Positions 1 through 11,439 of a stretch of 64,000 bases of DNA are shown here, piece after piece (the stretch's first letter is position 1; the number at the start of each line of letters is the position of its first letter). Under the pieces are notes generated by a model. That model saw only the letters and a program-made list of their open reading frames with translations, was not told where the DNA came from and made no database searches. The stretch covers positions 47,430,001 through 47,494,000 of the forward strand of contig JANJGN010000001.1 in the NCBI GenBank assembly GCA_026770705.1, in the 5' to 3' direction. This DNA is from Isurus oxyrinchus. Taxonomy: Eukaryota. The position numbers and the translations under genes were made by a program.

Positions 1-917
1 AAGAATTACAGTTTCACGTGAGTCCAGAGCCCAGAATCAAAAGTCTAGTGGCGTCTCCCTTCAGAGGTTAGCAGGCTGAAAATGTGGCGGGGTGATCCGA
101 CTTTCCAGGAGTGAGGACTTTCATGATGGGAGAAGACACACAAGATAAATTAGTCTTGAATGCACAGATACAGGAGTTCCAATGTTCCAGTAGTCCACAA
201 TATAGATAAAGGCCAGGCACTTCACCTGAACAAAGCTCTTTCTGCTTCCACCTGCTAAAATGGTAGACTGCCTGGGTTCAGTTCGACACTGCAATATTAC
301 GGGTCCTAGCAGCTTGGGGGGGGCATTAAGTGACATACCTCTTACTTCTTCTCTTGGGCGTTGGACAAAAGATATATTTTCTGATGTTTGGAATCTTGAG
401 CTTCTTAATAGAGGAGTCAGGATTCCTCCTGTCCTTTGCAGACATACCATCTCCATTGGCTGGAGCTCTGCCTTAGAAATGCAAAGGGGCTGCATGCATT
501 TCTTTGGAATTTTATTGTCAGCCATCACAGGGGGGGATATTAACACCTTTTTAAAGATAAGGCGGAGGGTCCTTGCTAGTTTCTAAAGGTTAGAAATTCC
601 TCTGGTATGAGTCATGGTTAGTCAGGATAAAGTCTTGTCCATTTTTAAAATAAAAAATAATAATTTTATAAAGTATTCAGGTTGACATGGATATATAGAA
701 CCTACTCTGTGGGACCAATCTCCAGACTTCTTACTTAGCTACCTTCTCAAATGAAATAAAGAATAACTATATCCCATCCATCGAACTTTGGGAGGGCGTG
801 TACGAATTTAAACATCTCCCCACTGGGCTTTGAGTTGGAAGTATTTTTTTTATCATCAGAACCTTCCTCAGCATCTGAGGCCTCTTTTTAAAATCTCAGC
901 CTTTTAAACTGGTCACA
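1..917 (-). mobile_element. Possible partial LTR, running off the window start
   Basis: Non-coding block ending in ...ctggtcaca (TGTG... on the minus strand), an LTR-like terminus. No protein homology recognised. Confidence 0.3.
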
Positions 918-1256
918 GAATCACAGAATCACAGAATGTTAAGGCACAGAAAGAGGCCATTCGGCCCATCGTGTCTGCAAATGACTTAATGCTATTCTCC
1001 TTCCTTCTCCTTGTACCCTTGCACATTGTATCTATTCAAATAATCACTTAATGGCCTCTTGAGTGCCTCAATTGAACCTGCACCCACCACACTTCCAGGT
1101 AGTGCATTCCAGATCCGAACCACTCGCTATGTGAAAAAGGTTTTTCTCACATTACATTTGCTCTTTTTGCAAATAATTTTACATCTGTGCCCTTTTGTTC
1201 TCAATCTTTTTATGAGCAGGAACAGTTTCTCTCTATCTACTATATCTAGACCCCTA

Positions 1257-1519
1257 TATAAAAACAAAAAAACTGCAGATGCTGGAAATCCAAAACAAAA
1301 ACAGAATTACCTGGAAAAACTCAGCAGGTCTGGCAGCATCGGCGGAGAAGAAAAGAGTTGACGTTTCGAGTCCTCATGACCCTTCGACAGAACTTGAGTT
1401 CGAGTCCAAGAAAGAGTTGAAATATAAGCTGGTTTAAGATGTGTGTGTGGGGGGCGGAGAGAGAGAGAGAGAGAGAGGTGGGGGGTGTGGTTGTAGGGAC
1501 AAACAAGCAGTGATAGAAG
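1257..1519 (-). mobile_element. Short Penelope-derived (pLTR-like) element inserted in CR1
   Basis: Family sequence ...gatgctgccagacctgctgagtttttccagg...gatttccagcatctgcag is repeated at 4990, 24947, 40133 and 46495; carries a hammerhead motif. Confidence 0.8.
1356..1394 (-). ncRNA. Minimal type-I hammerhead ribozyme motif (variant core CUGUCGA)
   Basis: Minus strand reads AGTT-CTGTCGA-A-GGGTC-ATGAG-GACTC-GAAA-C-GTC-AACT: stem I AGTT/AACT, 5-bp stem II, GAAA, GUC cleavage triplet. Confidence 0.62.
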
Positions 1520-2814
1520 CCTGTTAATTTTGAACACCTCTATCAAATCTCCTCTTAGATTTGTTGTCTCCAAGGAGAACAGTAGAATGGTCCCCAACCT
1601 CTCCAATCTATCTTTGTAATCAAAGTTTCGCTTCCCTGGAACCATTCTTGTAAATCTCTTCTGCATTCTCTCCAATGTGTTCACATCTTTCCTATGGTGT
1701 GGCACCCAGAACTATACACAATACTCCAGCTGAGGTCTAAGGAGTGTCTTATCTAAGCTCAGCATAACCTCCCTGCTCTTGTACTCTATGCCCCTATTAA
1801 TAAAGTTCAGGATACTGCTCCCTCCACCTGTCCTGCCACCTTCAATAATCTATGCACATATACACCTAGGTCCCTCTGCTCATGCAATCCCTTAAGAATT
1901 GTACCCCTTGTTTTATATTGTCTCATCATTTTCTTCCTAGCAAAATGCATCATCTCACACTTCTCCGAATTGAACCTAATCTGCCACCTATCTGCCCAGC
2001 TTGTCTATGTGTTTTTGAAATTCGATACTGTCCTCCTCACAGTTTACAATGCCTCCAAGTTTCCTATCATCCGCAAACTTTGAAATTGTCCCCTGCACAC
2101 CAAAATCTAGATCTTTAATATATATCGGGAAAAGCAAGGGTCCCAATACCAATGCCTGGGGAACTCCACTACAAACCTTCCTCCAGCCCGAAAAATATCC
2201 ATTAGCCATTACCCTCTGTTTCCTATTACTCAGCCAATTTTGTATCCACATTGTGGATATTATTGGCTACTGTCCCTTTTATTCCATGAGCTATAACTTT
2301 TCTCAAAAGCCTGTTGTGTGGCACTGTATCGAATGCCTTTTGAAAATCCATGCACACCACATCAACAGCATTACCCTCATCAACTCTCTCCTGTTAACTC
2401 TTAAAAAAACTCCAGCAAGTTAGTGAAACATGATTTTTCCCTTTTGTATTCCCTTTCTGTTTCCTTTGTCTCTTTTTCTCTATCCTTGTCCCTTGCTAAC
2501 TTCTGTCCCTGGAAGTCAGGTTTTCGCTTTTCCAATTCCCTTTCCCTTTCCTTTTCATTTTCCTTTTGCTGCCAGCCTTTTCAATTCAAATTCTCTTCCT
2601 TTTGCTTATTCATTTGCCTCCAATTAAAGTTTTTGCATTTGCAACTGAATCTTAGCCAATTCAATTGACTTATCCCCTGGAGAATGTGGTCTCTCTGGTA
2701 TCCATTCCAATTTCAGATGCTGCGCTATTACCTCAACTATTGCCTTTTTCTCGCCGATACGGTTAATTCCAACTCCAACTTATCTGCCAATACTGTTTGC
2801 TGAGCCTTGGTTAC

Positions 2815-3375
2815 CTTATTTAAGGAAAGAGGTAAATGTATTGGAAGCAGTTCAGGAAAGGTTGACCAGACTAATACCTGGAATGGGCAGGTTGTTTTAT
2901 GAGGAAAAGTTGGACAGACTAGGCTTGTATCTGCTGGAGTTTAGAAGAGTAAGAGGTGATTTGATTGAAACATAAGATCCTGAAGGGTCTTGGCAGGGTG
3001 GATGTGGAGAGAATATTTCTCTTGTGGGAAAATCTAGAACTAGGGTCACTGTTTAAAAATAAGGGGTCACCCATGTAAAATGGAGGTGAGGTGATTTTTT
3101 ATTTTATCAAAGGGTCATGAGTCTTTGGAACTCTTTTGCTGAAAAGGCAGTGGAGCAGAGTCTTTGAATATTTTTAAGGCAGTAGTGGATAGATTTTTCA
3201 TAAGCAAGGGGTGATAGGTTATCGGGGGTAGGCAGGATTCTGATTTCAAGTTACTATCAGATCAGCCATGATCTTACTAAATGGCAGAGCAGGCTCGATG
3301 GGCCAAATGGCCTACTCTTGCTCCTTGGTCCTATGTTCCTATGTTCATTTGTTCGTATGTCCCTAAGTTCGCATG
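2815..3375 (+). mobile_element. CR1 LINE 3' end
   Basis: PYFKERGKCIGSS/LRKEVNVLEAVQ-type RT tail, CR1 3'UTR (gatcagccatgatc...tggcctactc) and (cctatgtt)n tail. Confidence 0.88.
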
Positions 3376-3422
3376 TTACTTTTCATAAACCTGTCAGGAA
3401 AATATCTTCCATCTTAAAAAAG

Positions 3423-3872
3423 GGGCAGGATTTTATGCATCGGCGAGTGGGGGCGGGGCCCGCTCGCTGATGCATAAAATGACACACGATGAATTTGGGG
3501 GGAACTCCCGACATCACCGAAATCATCTGCGCACCTGCCGACCTGTCAAGGCCGATTGAGGCCATTGAATTAGAAAAAGCATGAAACTTCATCCACTGGC
3601 AGAATGAGGTTTCATGTAGGTTTTTAAAATTTTTAATATCAATAAAATTTTTGTAAAAATTATGGACATATTCCAACTCATGTGACATTGTCACATGAGG
3701 GTACATGTTAGGGAAATTTTATAGCACTTCTGTGCAGACGTCACACTGGGCAGGCCTTAATTGGCCCGCGCACCTAAAATGGCCCCGTGCCCCCAATGGG
3801 GGCATCAATTGGAAGCGCGCCCGTGCGCACTGGCCCTTCACCTTTGCCCCCGACAGGGGAAAAATTCAGCCC
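3423..3872 (+). mobile_element. Harbinger-type MITE (multi-hairpin family)
   Basis: TIRs GGGCAGGATTTT / AAAATTCAGCCC; internally homologous to 37584-38235, 51948-52440 and 56767-57442. Confidence 0.85.
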
Positions 3873-3984
3873 AAAGTGTTAGCAATTTCCAAAGCTATTT
3901 TAGTGTATAAGAAACCAGGTGTCTGTTCTCTTATTCTTCTAATTATTATTATTCAGCATCCAATCACCGTTGTCCACGTTTCAG

Positions 3985-4002
3985 ATCCTGGACAAGCCCC
4001 CA
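3985..4002 (-). promoter_or_regulatory. Primer-binding site, tRNA-Pro
   Basis: TGGGGGCTTGTCCAGGAT matches the tRNA-Pro PBS TGGGGGCTCGTCCGGGAT at 16/18 (both differences are CpG-type transitions); 5 nt downstream of the LTR end. Confidence 0.8.
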
Positions 4003-4007
4003 GTTTA

Positions 4008-4929
4008 TGTTATGACCGGGACGGAAGGAGTGCGAAGTTTATCTAACCCCACTACTCTGCAGGTTGTACCATTAGTTAAAAGTTTAATTCACTCACTAAA
4101 ATGGCCAATCATTTACCTTCGCTACTGTTGGACCCAGAATAAAAGAGACTTTAACCAAGCTTCTTTCAATAAACACAAAATTGTTGATTTATTATAAACA
4201 AAACTCTTTTTTTAAAACAAGCTGCCAGAACTGGTTGACATGCAATTGTACTTTGGGATTATACCATGTATGTCTTTTAAAAATACCCCAGCATACACAC
4301 ACAAACATACATAAACAAAGGGCAAACTGATAGGGTCTCTCTACAGAGATGGGCTTTAGAGGATAGGGGTTATGAAAATAGAGGATAAATTTTGCAGGGT
4401 CTTGATACCGTCGATCTGGAGCTCCCTTGTATGAAGACTGGTCCCAGTAGATGTCTGGAGGTTCTCACCAAAGTAGCCTCGCCTTGGCGAAGAATATAGA
4501 TGCCCCAATCCCTCTTCTGGGCCTCTCAAATTTCCAAAGACAGACAAGCTCCTCTGAGCTGAAGATTCTTAGCTGGACACTGTCAACAACTTTATTTCAG
4601 GCAAGGCAAGAAGGTGAGCTCTCAACCTTATTACTTTCTTAATTCAGTCCCAACTCAACTCAAAAACACAAGATCAAAACTTAAAGCTGATCCCTGTCAT
4701 GTGATTTTCAGTAACTCACTAGTTTTTGCCTTTACCAGTTTTTATCATCAATTAAAGCAATTGCAATGCAAACAAGTACACAGCTCTTCCCCCCTCAAGT
4801 ACTATGCTGATCAGGTGATTTCTTGGAAAAGGTATGGTTGTTGACCGTTTCAAGGTGAACTTATGACCTTTTTAAAAAAAAAAACTCCAGGTCAGCATCC
4901 AAAGGTCCAAATAATGCTATGTCCTAACA
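4008..4929 (-). mobile_element. 5' LTR of a Gypsy-type LTR retrotransposon
   Basis: TGTTATGA...TCCTAACA termini (TG...CA), with the PBS and gag following on the minus strand. Confidence 0.75.
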
Positions 4930-4989
4930 AATTTTCCTCCACCTGCTCCACCCCCTTTCAAGCAGTATTAAATCCATCAAATTTATACC

Positions 4990-5137
4990 TCTCTTCAGCT
5001 CTGAAGAAGAGTTATACAGAGGCAAAACATTTTCTCTGTTTCTCTCTCCACAACTGCTGCCAGGCCTGCTGAGTTTTTCCAGCATTTTCTGTTTTTATTT
5101 CAGATTTCCAGCATCTGCAGTATTTTGCTTTTATTTC
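4990..5137 (+). mobile_element. Short Penelope-derived element with decayed hammerhead (CTGAAGA core)
   Basis: ctctgaagaagagtt...aaaacatt...ctgctgccaggcctgctgagtttttccagc...gatttccagcatctgcag. Confidence 0.75.
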
Positions 5138-5229
5138 AGGAAGGTCACATGTTTGATCCTTAGTCTTTCCTGAATTTGTTGAACTCAACTGGAGTGTCAG
5201 TAATTGGCCGCTACAAATTTAGGCTCAGT

Positions 5230-5355
5230 GGCTGGAATTTTCCAGCCCCTCACGCCGTGGGATCTTCCAGTGCAGCTGATGCGAACAGAGATTTTAACGG
5301 CTTGCCGGCTCCACCTCAGTGGAAGCCACTGTGGGCGGGCTGGAAAATTCCAGCC
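5230..5355. mobile_element. Small Harbinger-type MITE inside a decayed SINE (~5140-5540)
   Basis: TIR GGCTGGAATTTTCCAGCCC with its reverse complement at the right end; TSD AGT/AGT. Confidence 0.88.
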
Positions 5356-6729
5356 AGTGTTTCCTGGGTTAGGGGGAAGAAAATCATTTAAGTTTCTCAC
5401 TCCTACGAATTGCACATACGCGGATGCCAGATGAGGACTAAATTATTTTTCTGTGACATGCCCACTCCACAGTCAAAAAATCTGCTGTCTGCTGTGAACA
5501 GTTCCACCAGAATAATGGACATTTAGATGAGGGAAGGATATTGTTAACAGACGGAAAATGAAACAGCTATTCAAAGCGATCAAATTGAAATTGAGAATTC
5601 AGTGTTGTAGGGAGCCACAGGGCATTATCTAATTATATGGATTACATTTTGTTCTGTGTTACATGTCTGTTATTACATAATGCATTTGAGGTGTCTTCTC
5701 CCAGAGTTTCTTCCTCCAAGAATTTACACTACAACAGGAAATAATCCTCAGAGTAATTTATCCCTGCTGCCTTCTTACAGCTTAGTTACCATTCCTATAA
5801 CCTGAAAGCTGAACTGTGTGATATTACCTCATGAATGCAGAGCAAATTCCTCATCCGCTATTTTAGCGGAAGCATTACCCCACTCATTGGAAACAATTAA
5901 CACCTCCATTAAAAAAGCAGACAGAGAAATTTAATACAACACAAGGAACATTGCTATAATATCACACAGAATAAATTCCAGCTCCATAAATCAAATGGCT
6001 TAGGTTAAGTCTCAGGCACTATGTGTAGTTTCCAATCATTGGAGCAAATCTGTAGTAGGAACAACTTTTCCAAAATTCCTTTGAAAATATCACACCTATG
6101 AATATCGCAGTTCCAATGTTTCCCAATGGGACAAGTAAAACAAGTCTGGCCAAATTTACAAATTAGGCCAGAAATCACAGAAGCATATTCCTGACTGAAA
6201 AGAAAGGAAATGTATATATACATACTGACACATACCCATGCTCCCATCCCTGTTATTGCTTCCACCACCACAACCGCCCATCCACACACACACACACAAC
6301 TTGAAATGATGTAAACAAAAATAACATTTCTGTTTAATATGTTCACCTATGAAACATTATAACAACCTCTTAACCTTGTAGGATTCATGTAGACCTGATT
6401 GGTCATTGTATGGAACCATTCTGTCACCTATATGAAAATATTACAATCAGCCCTCACAAATAACTATGCTTCCAATGTAAAGAAAATGCATCTGAGTCAG
6501 TGCTTATCACACTTCTTATCAATATTCTGTAAATACATTTAAAATAATCACTATTAAACATACATTTCCATTAATATCTCATGTTGCATCGTCAGTAGGT
6601 TAAATCTTTCCTCTCACCCCACATTCACCCTGCATTAGCACTGAAACAGCCTGTCAGTAATTGACATATCACCACTCATGTGGTGTAATAACATTACGCT
6701 GAGCTAGTTTTATCAGCTCTGATTTACTA

Positions 6730-6900
6730 CAGGCCATATTGGGCCTCGTGCAATGGACCATAAAACTAAGAAAAATTCACGTGAATCCAAAAGTTTTTGA
6801 GGAGCAGATGAAGGAGGTATAAACGGAGATCAGCTGGCCAGGGCTCTCTGGTGTGTGCCAAGCTGTCTGATTGGCTGGAGGGCTATATAGCCATCTTGTC
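6730..6900 (+). promoter_or_regulatory. Candidate RNA Pol II promoter
   Basis: In TE-free DNA: CCATAAAA 6758, palindromic ATTCACGTGAAT 6775-6786, E-boxes CAGATG 6805 and CAGCTG 6831, Y-box CTGATTGGCT 6867-6876, TATATA 6884-6889, YY1-like GCCATCTT 6890-6897. Confidence 0.55.
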
Positions 6901-6914
6901 GTCCTGGCAGGCAA

Positions 6915-7095
6915 TACTCTGACAGTTTGATGTAAAAATAGAGCTGGAGAGATTAGCAGAGGGAGAGAGAGAGAAATAGTGGAGAACAGGAATAAAAATT
7001 GAGCCTTGTATTCCTGAGCATTAGAGCTGGAGTTAATTTATTTTTCTTTCAACACATTTCACTTATAGACATTCTTCGAAAAGTCACTGGGCAAT
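6915..7095 (+). other. Candidate non-coding first exon
   Basis: Begins ~30 nt after the TATA box (start inferred) and ends at the consensus donor AAT|GTAAGT (7096). Confidence 0.4.
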
Positions 7096-7718
7096 GTAAG
7101 TAATGAATATGTTATTCTTTTTTTAAATTCCCGCATCTATCATTTTAATAAAGGCTCTCTTAAATTAAATAGCAGGGAAAGGAATTGCTTACAAATGCAG
7201 TAACATACTTTTATGAATACTGCACACTGTATTTTCGATCCCAGAGTAGTTTTTTACCAAACTTAGTGAATGAATAAGGTCTGTCCAGATTGAAAGCTTT
7301 ACTTTCTGATGGGTCATGAAGATGCCTGTATCTCACATTTACTCACAACAAGGATGCTTACTCCTACCAACGGTTCATCTTTGAAGTGCAGGAAACTTAT
7401 GTTAAAATCCAACCAGCAGAACTACAATACTATAACTGCTCAATAGCATTCCTATAAACAAAACTGGGAACAAAGCATTCCATAACAACCAATTGTTTAC
7501 AGGGCCATATTTTTCCAGTCTCTTTGATGGTTGTTATAGACAGCCCTCATTTATATTTGTATTTCTCTATCATTTTTTGTCATACATCAAATATTCTAAA
7601 AAAAAATCCGTTTTTAGTGGAATAATTTACAAATGTGTCTTTAATTTTCATGTTAGGTCATTAGAATTAAATAAAAGCCCTGGAACAGCTGATGTACAAG
7701 GTCAAAGATCAATGCTAA

Positions 7719-8380
7719 TGTTACGACCAGGTGAGGAAGAGTCAAATGGCTCCCCTCTTTGCGCTCTCCTTATTTGATCGCAGCAGTTTTTTTTGTTTGA
7801 TAAGGAAATACTGGCCAACTCGGTGAGCGCTTAACTGTTTATGCACTGTGATCATAAAAGAACCAATATGACAGGCTTTCTTGTATTTAACAAAGAAAGA
7901 GATTAACTTTATTATACTTAAATTGATCTAATTAATAAACGGATCTAAACACACACTGATTTTCGGGCATATACACACACACACGCTCGAAGTTCACTTC
8001 AGGGAAGAGTAGGTTGGCCAAATTAGATTCCATTAATAAAAATAAAAAAGTATACAGTCTGTTATTTGCTAACTCAGCTGGCTTCAGGGTGAATTCGATG
8101 GTCTCAGTGCTTCCAATTTAAAGATGCAGAGACTGAGTTGGTTGTTCTTTGGGAGACGATACTGCTGTGTTGGATTCTTTTAAGAAATCCCTGTCTGCAA
8201 CAGAGTGTCCTTGGATGAACGCAGTCAGCAAACAGGGCTGGAAGCTTACCCAGTGGGATGGAGATAAAATGAGGCAGGAGGCACCACACTTAGGTCTTCT
8301 TCCTAAGCTGCTTGCCCTCGGTTCTGTTGATCATGTGCTTAAAGCTTACAAAGGTTTGGCTTGTCATGTGATCTGTGACC
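7719..8380 (-). mobile_element. Partial LTR related to 4008-4929
   Basis: Starts TGTTACGACCAGG (compare TGTTATGACCGGG); shares the ...ctttcttgtatttaacaaa...tttatt... and gtcatgtgat motifs; right end unclear. Confidence 0.55.
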
Positions 8381-8399
8381 CTAGAAGAAGATTGCAGGT

Positions 8400-9410
8400 G
8401 GCCACAGAGGCGGGCGAGTGATGAGGCCTGCCTTGGTTCACTGGGACATCATCCCAGTTGTTTTAGGAGCTATTAGGCCCTGTAGCCCTTGGCCCTCACC
8501 CCCCCCCTACACCCACAACCAGTGCCCATGCCCCCACCATGTCCTCCAATCCTCCACCATGCCATCTCATAGCCCCATTCCATCTGATACTCCTTTGCCA
8601 CCTCTATAGCCATTCACCCAGTATCCACTATGGGTAGGACTCAGGAGCCATGTGGAGATGAAAAAAAACTTCTAACAATCTGATAGAGCTCTCGTTCACA
8701 CGTGCTTGATACTGTAAAACCCTACTATTAATGAAACCTATTCAAAGATTTTAAATCCCATCACCTGATCAATCTATTACAAAAAGAAAGTTCTAATCAG
8801 GAACCACATCAAAGACAGCTAATCCCTTAATAGCCTCTTTAACTGTCAATTAGAATGAGAACTCTTCTGAGATAAAGCCATTGTAGATTTTCAAACTCAG
8901 CCAAACATTCATAAAGACTTCAGCTTCAATAACAGCCCTTGGGAAACATCAACAAAGAACTCCATTGAAACTGCAGGAACAATTGGTAATTTTATTTCTA
9001 CCCTACACCAGATGGCCTGTCAATCAAAGCAGTCCAGCAAGGGGTGTTTCATTAATTCTAAGTGACAGCTTCAGCCTGTTCTTTTTTCAGGCTTAATGGG
9101 TTGAGGATTTTAAAAAAAACTTCAGATCAATGTATTGACCTTATCTGCCCTTCACAAGTATTTACATCTATGCTACAAATTTCTAACTCTCACACTGTGG
9201 GTTAAGATCCTTGGAACAGCAAAAATGGGACCTCTTTGAGCTCAAGACTAATTTCAAATGGCCCTGCTGAGTTCAGGTTCTACACCTGTGTGATTCATGC
9301 CCTTCCCCTTTCCCTTGCCAGAAATAATGGGATCTGTCCAAAATGGGACAGGCCACCCGCCATTTTTTAAGGTCAGCAGAGTCTTCCCACCTCTGCAAAA
9401 ATCCAGCACA
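8400..9410. mobile_element. Decayed non-autonomous DNA transposon (Harbinger-like)
   Basis: C-rich then AT-rich interior similar to 18850-19870; ends in aaaatccagc, a TIR-like motif. Confidence 0.35.
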
Positions 9411-9550
9411 AGATCCATGCCTGATCTGCAAGTTTATTTCAGACTTAAAATCAGCCGGCCTAAAGAACCTGGTTCAAAATTCCTGAATGTCTAATTGATT
9501 GGCATCAGGATGCATCCAGCTACAAATTAGTGCCATTTGACACAGACTAC

Positions 9551-10229
9551 GGATAGGATTTCGTCTTGGGATCTCGACGTCAGGATCAAATGCCAGTCAT
9601 GACTCCACACTGTGGCCGGGATTTTCCAGCGCCGTCGCGGGAGGGACCCACTGTGGGCGAGGCGGCGCCCCAGCCAGAAATCCATTGACATGCGATGGGA
9701 CCAGAAGATCGCGGTGACGGGCGGGTGCGGAAAATCCCGCCCTGTGTCAGGAACAGTCACCTGACAGTGATTTCGGTTGAAATGTCTTATTAGTGGCCAG
9801 TGGGCACTCTCACCATTCAATGAGGGATGGTGGGCCGTCTCATGGAGCTAGAGGGCCAATAGCAGAGGAGCTATGGGTATGGGAGAGAAAGAAAGGCCCT
9901 CCATCTTGAGGCACCCTCTCAGCAACTTTCAAACCTTTTGAGTTAAAAAAATGGCCACAGCTTCCGGGCCACCAGAACCCCTCTACAGGGTGGCCTATGG
10001 CACAGCTGCAACCAACTAAGGTGGGGGAGGGGTGCCATGGCAAAAGGCTGAAAGGCTGCCTGGAGCACGCCTGCTCTGGCCGCCTCCAGGCAGCTACCTT
10101 ACCTCCACCTGCCTTCCAGGAAAACGGTTGAGGAACAGACAGTGCCAGCAGATCAGCACACGGGCCGGCAACGCGTTATGCAGCAACCCACCTCCATTCC
10201 CAGCCCCGTCAGCTTGCAGAAATCCTGCC
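9551..10229. mobile_element. Harbinger-type MITE, older
   Basis: Ends GGATAGGATTTC / GAAATCCTGCC; interior motifs shared with 33029-33712 and 20680-21230. Confidence 0.6.
9614..9742. mobile_element. Small Harbinger-type MITE nested in a MITE
   Basis: TIRs GGCCGGGATTTTCC / GGAAAATCCCGCCC; TSD TGT/TGT; CpG-rich, so probably young. Confidence 0.88.
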
Positions 10230-10269
10230 TTATGTTGCAGAATGCAGTATAAATCATATCGTTAGTACA

Positions 10270-10905
10270 AATGAGTACAAATCTAATGATAGCGCTCCTC
10301 CCTGTGAGACTGAAATTTTTTTGGTTCAAATCCCACTTCAGAGACGTGAGCACATAATCTGGGCTGGCAGCCAGGTAGCATTGACTGCTGCACGGTGAAG
10401 GTGCCATCTTTCAGATAAGATATTTATGCGAGGCTCCATCCACCCTCCTAGGTGGATATAAATGATCCCGTGATACCAGACAAAGATGGGCAGGTGAGTT
10501 CTCAATCGAACTATAAAGGAAAACACTGCAAACACTGGAAATCTGGGATATAAATGGAAAGGTTTGGAAACACATGGCAGATCAGGAAGCACCTGTGAAG
10601 TGAGGAAGATATGGCTCATGTTTCAGTCCAAAGGCCTTTTGTCTGAACAAAAGGTCATCAACCTGAAATGTTTACCCTAGAGTCTTTGCGGTGTCCTCGC
10701 TAATATTTATCTCTCAACCACTGTCTCTAGAAATAGATTATCTGGTCATTTCTCTCATTGCTATTTATCCTATTTAACACAAATTAGTTACTGAACCTCC
10801 ATACATTATTACAGTGACTATACTTCAAAAAGTAATTCCTTGGTTGTGACATGCTTTGGGACACCTTGAGGCTGTGAAAGATGCTATATAAATGTAATTC
10901 TTTGA
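10270..10905 (+). mobile_element. tRNA-derived Deu-type SINE (SacSINE1-like), interrupted
   Basis: B-box GGTTCAAATCCC at ~10323, central ggtgccatctttcagat domain, L2-like tail gctatataaatg; homologous to 29195-29662. Confidence 0.75.
10505..10675 (-). mobile_element. Penelope-derived short element with inverted partial duplication
   Basis: Minus-strand copy (10518-10647) directly followed by plus-strand aaggtcatcaacctgaaatgtt. Confidence 0.6.
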
Positions 10906-11299
10906 GTCATATTTTGATACAAGGCCAGTATATACGTTAGATAAGGCCTTAGTGATCATCAGTCGTACATACCCGTTTGGTCATTATGATTTACAGTTCT
11001 ATCATTGTAAATAAATAAGGCAATCATGGATGAAGATGTTACTAATTGACAGTACCAAATAGCAGAGCCAACTATCAGAGTGAGGAAAGTCATTAAAGGA
11101 GTCAAAACAAAATGTGTTTTTTTTATATTTCCCCCCTGAGGTAGCACAATGTGCCCTGGTCTCCTTTAACAAATTCATGCTGTTTAATTTGGAATTAAAA
11201 ATGCTTAATTTTGTTAATTCAAACATGAAATTTTAGCTGCAAGCTTTGTCTTCCTTGTCATCAAGTTGCCTGCGATTTATTCTCATTAACCTTTTTTAG

Positions 11300-11439
11300 A
11301 TATCTTTAACGAAGTCTCAAATGGCCAGTCTCATGGGTCTCTGCACTGCTTCAGGGGGGCAAGGAAATGGAAAGAAGTGGGGAGAGCTCATCATATCTAT
11401 ACCTACAGGAAGGACTTACAGGAAAACAACCAGCTTAGA
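11300..11439 (+). other. Candidate exon, function unknown
   Basis: Branch-like cattaac followed by cttttttAG (11299); donor AGA|GTGAGG at 11440; two frames open; no homology recognised. Confidence 0.35.

Larger units (their letters stand above)
914..2430 (-). mobile_element. CR1 LINE, 3' portion (RT C-terminus), degenerate
   Basis: Minus ORFs WIQNWLSNRKQRV..GVPQALVLGPLLF..ISKFADD and PHHRKDVNTLERMQKRFTRM; (acagaatc)n tail at 914-937; interrupted by an insertion at ~1257-1519. Confidence 0.92.
2440..3896 (-). pseudogene. Gypsy gag N-terminus, split by a MITE and a CR1
   Basis: Removing both insertions rejoins (M)ALEIANTFFKMEDIFLTGL*KVT-KAQQTVLADKLELEL...SIELAKIQLQMQKL, followed by an E/K/R coiled-coil tract; lies directly downstream of the PBS. 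Confidence 0.7.

Noticed and set aside
121-586. ORFs 121-546 (-) and 260-586 (+)
   Set aside because: No recognisable domain or splice context; they lie in LTR-like sequence.
5855-5869. Palindrome CCGCTATTTTAGCGG as a MEF2 site
   Set aside because: The core CTATTTTAG is one base short of YTA(A/T)4TAR; the same applies to CTAAAATAA at 34797.
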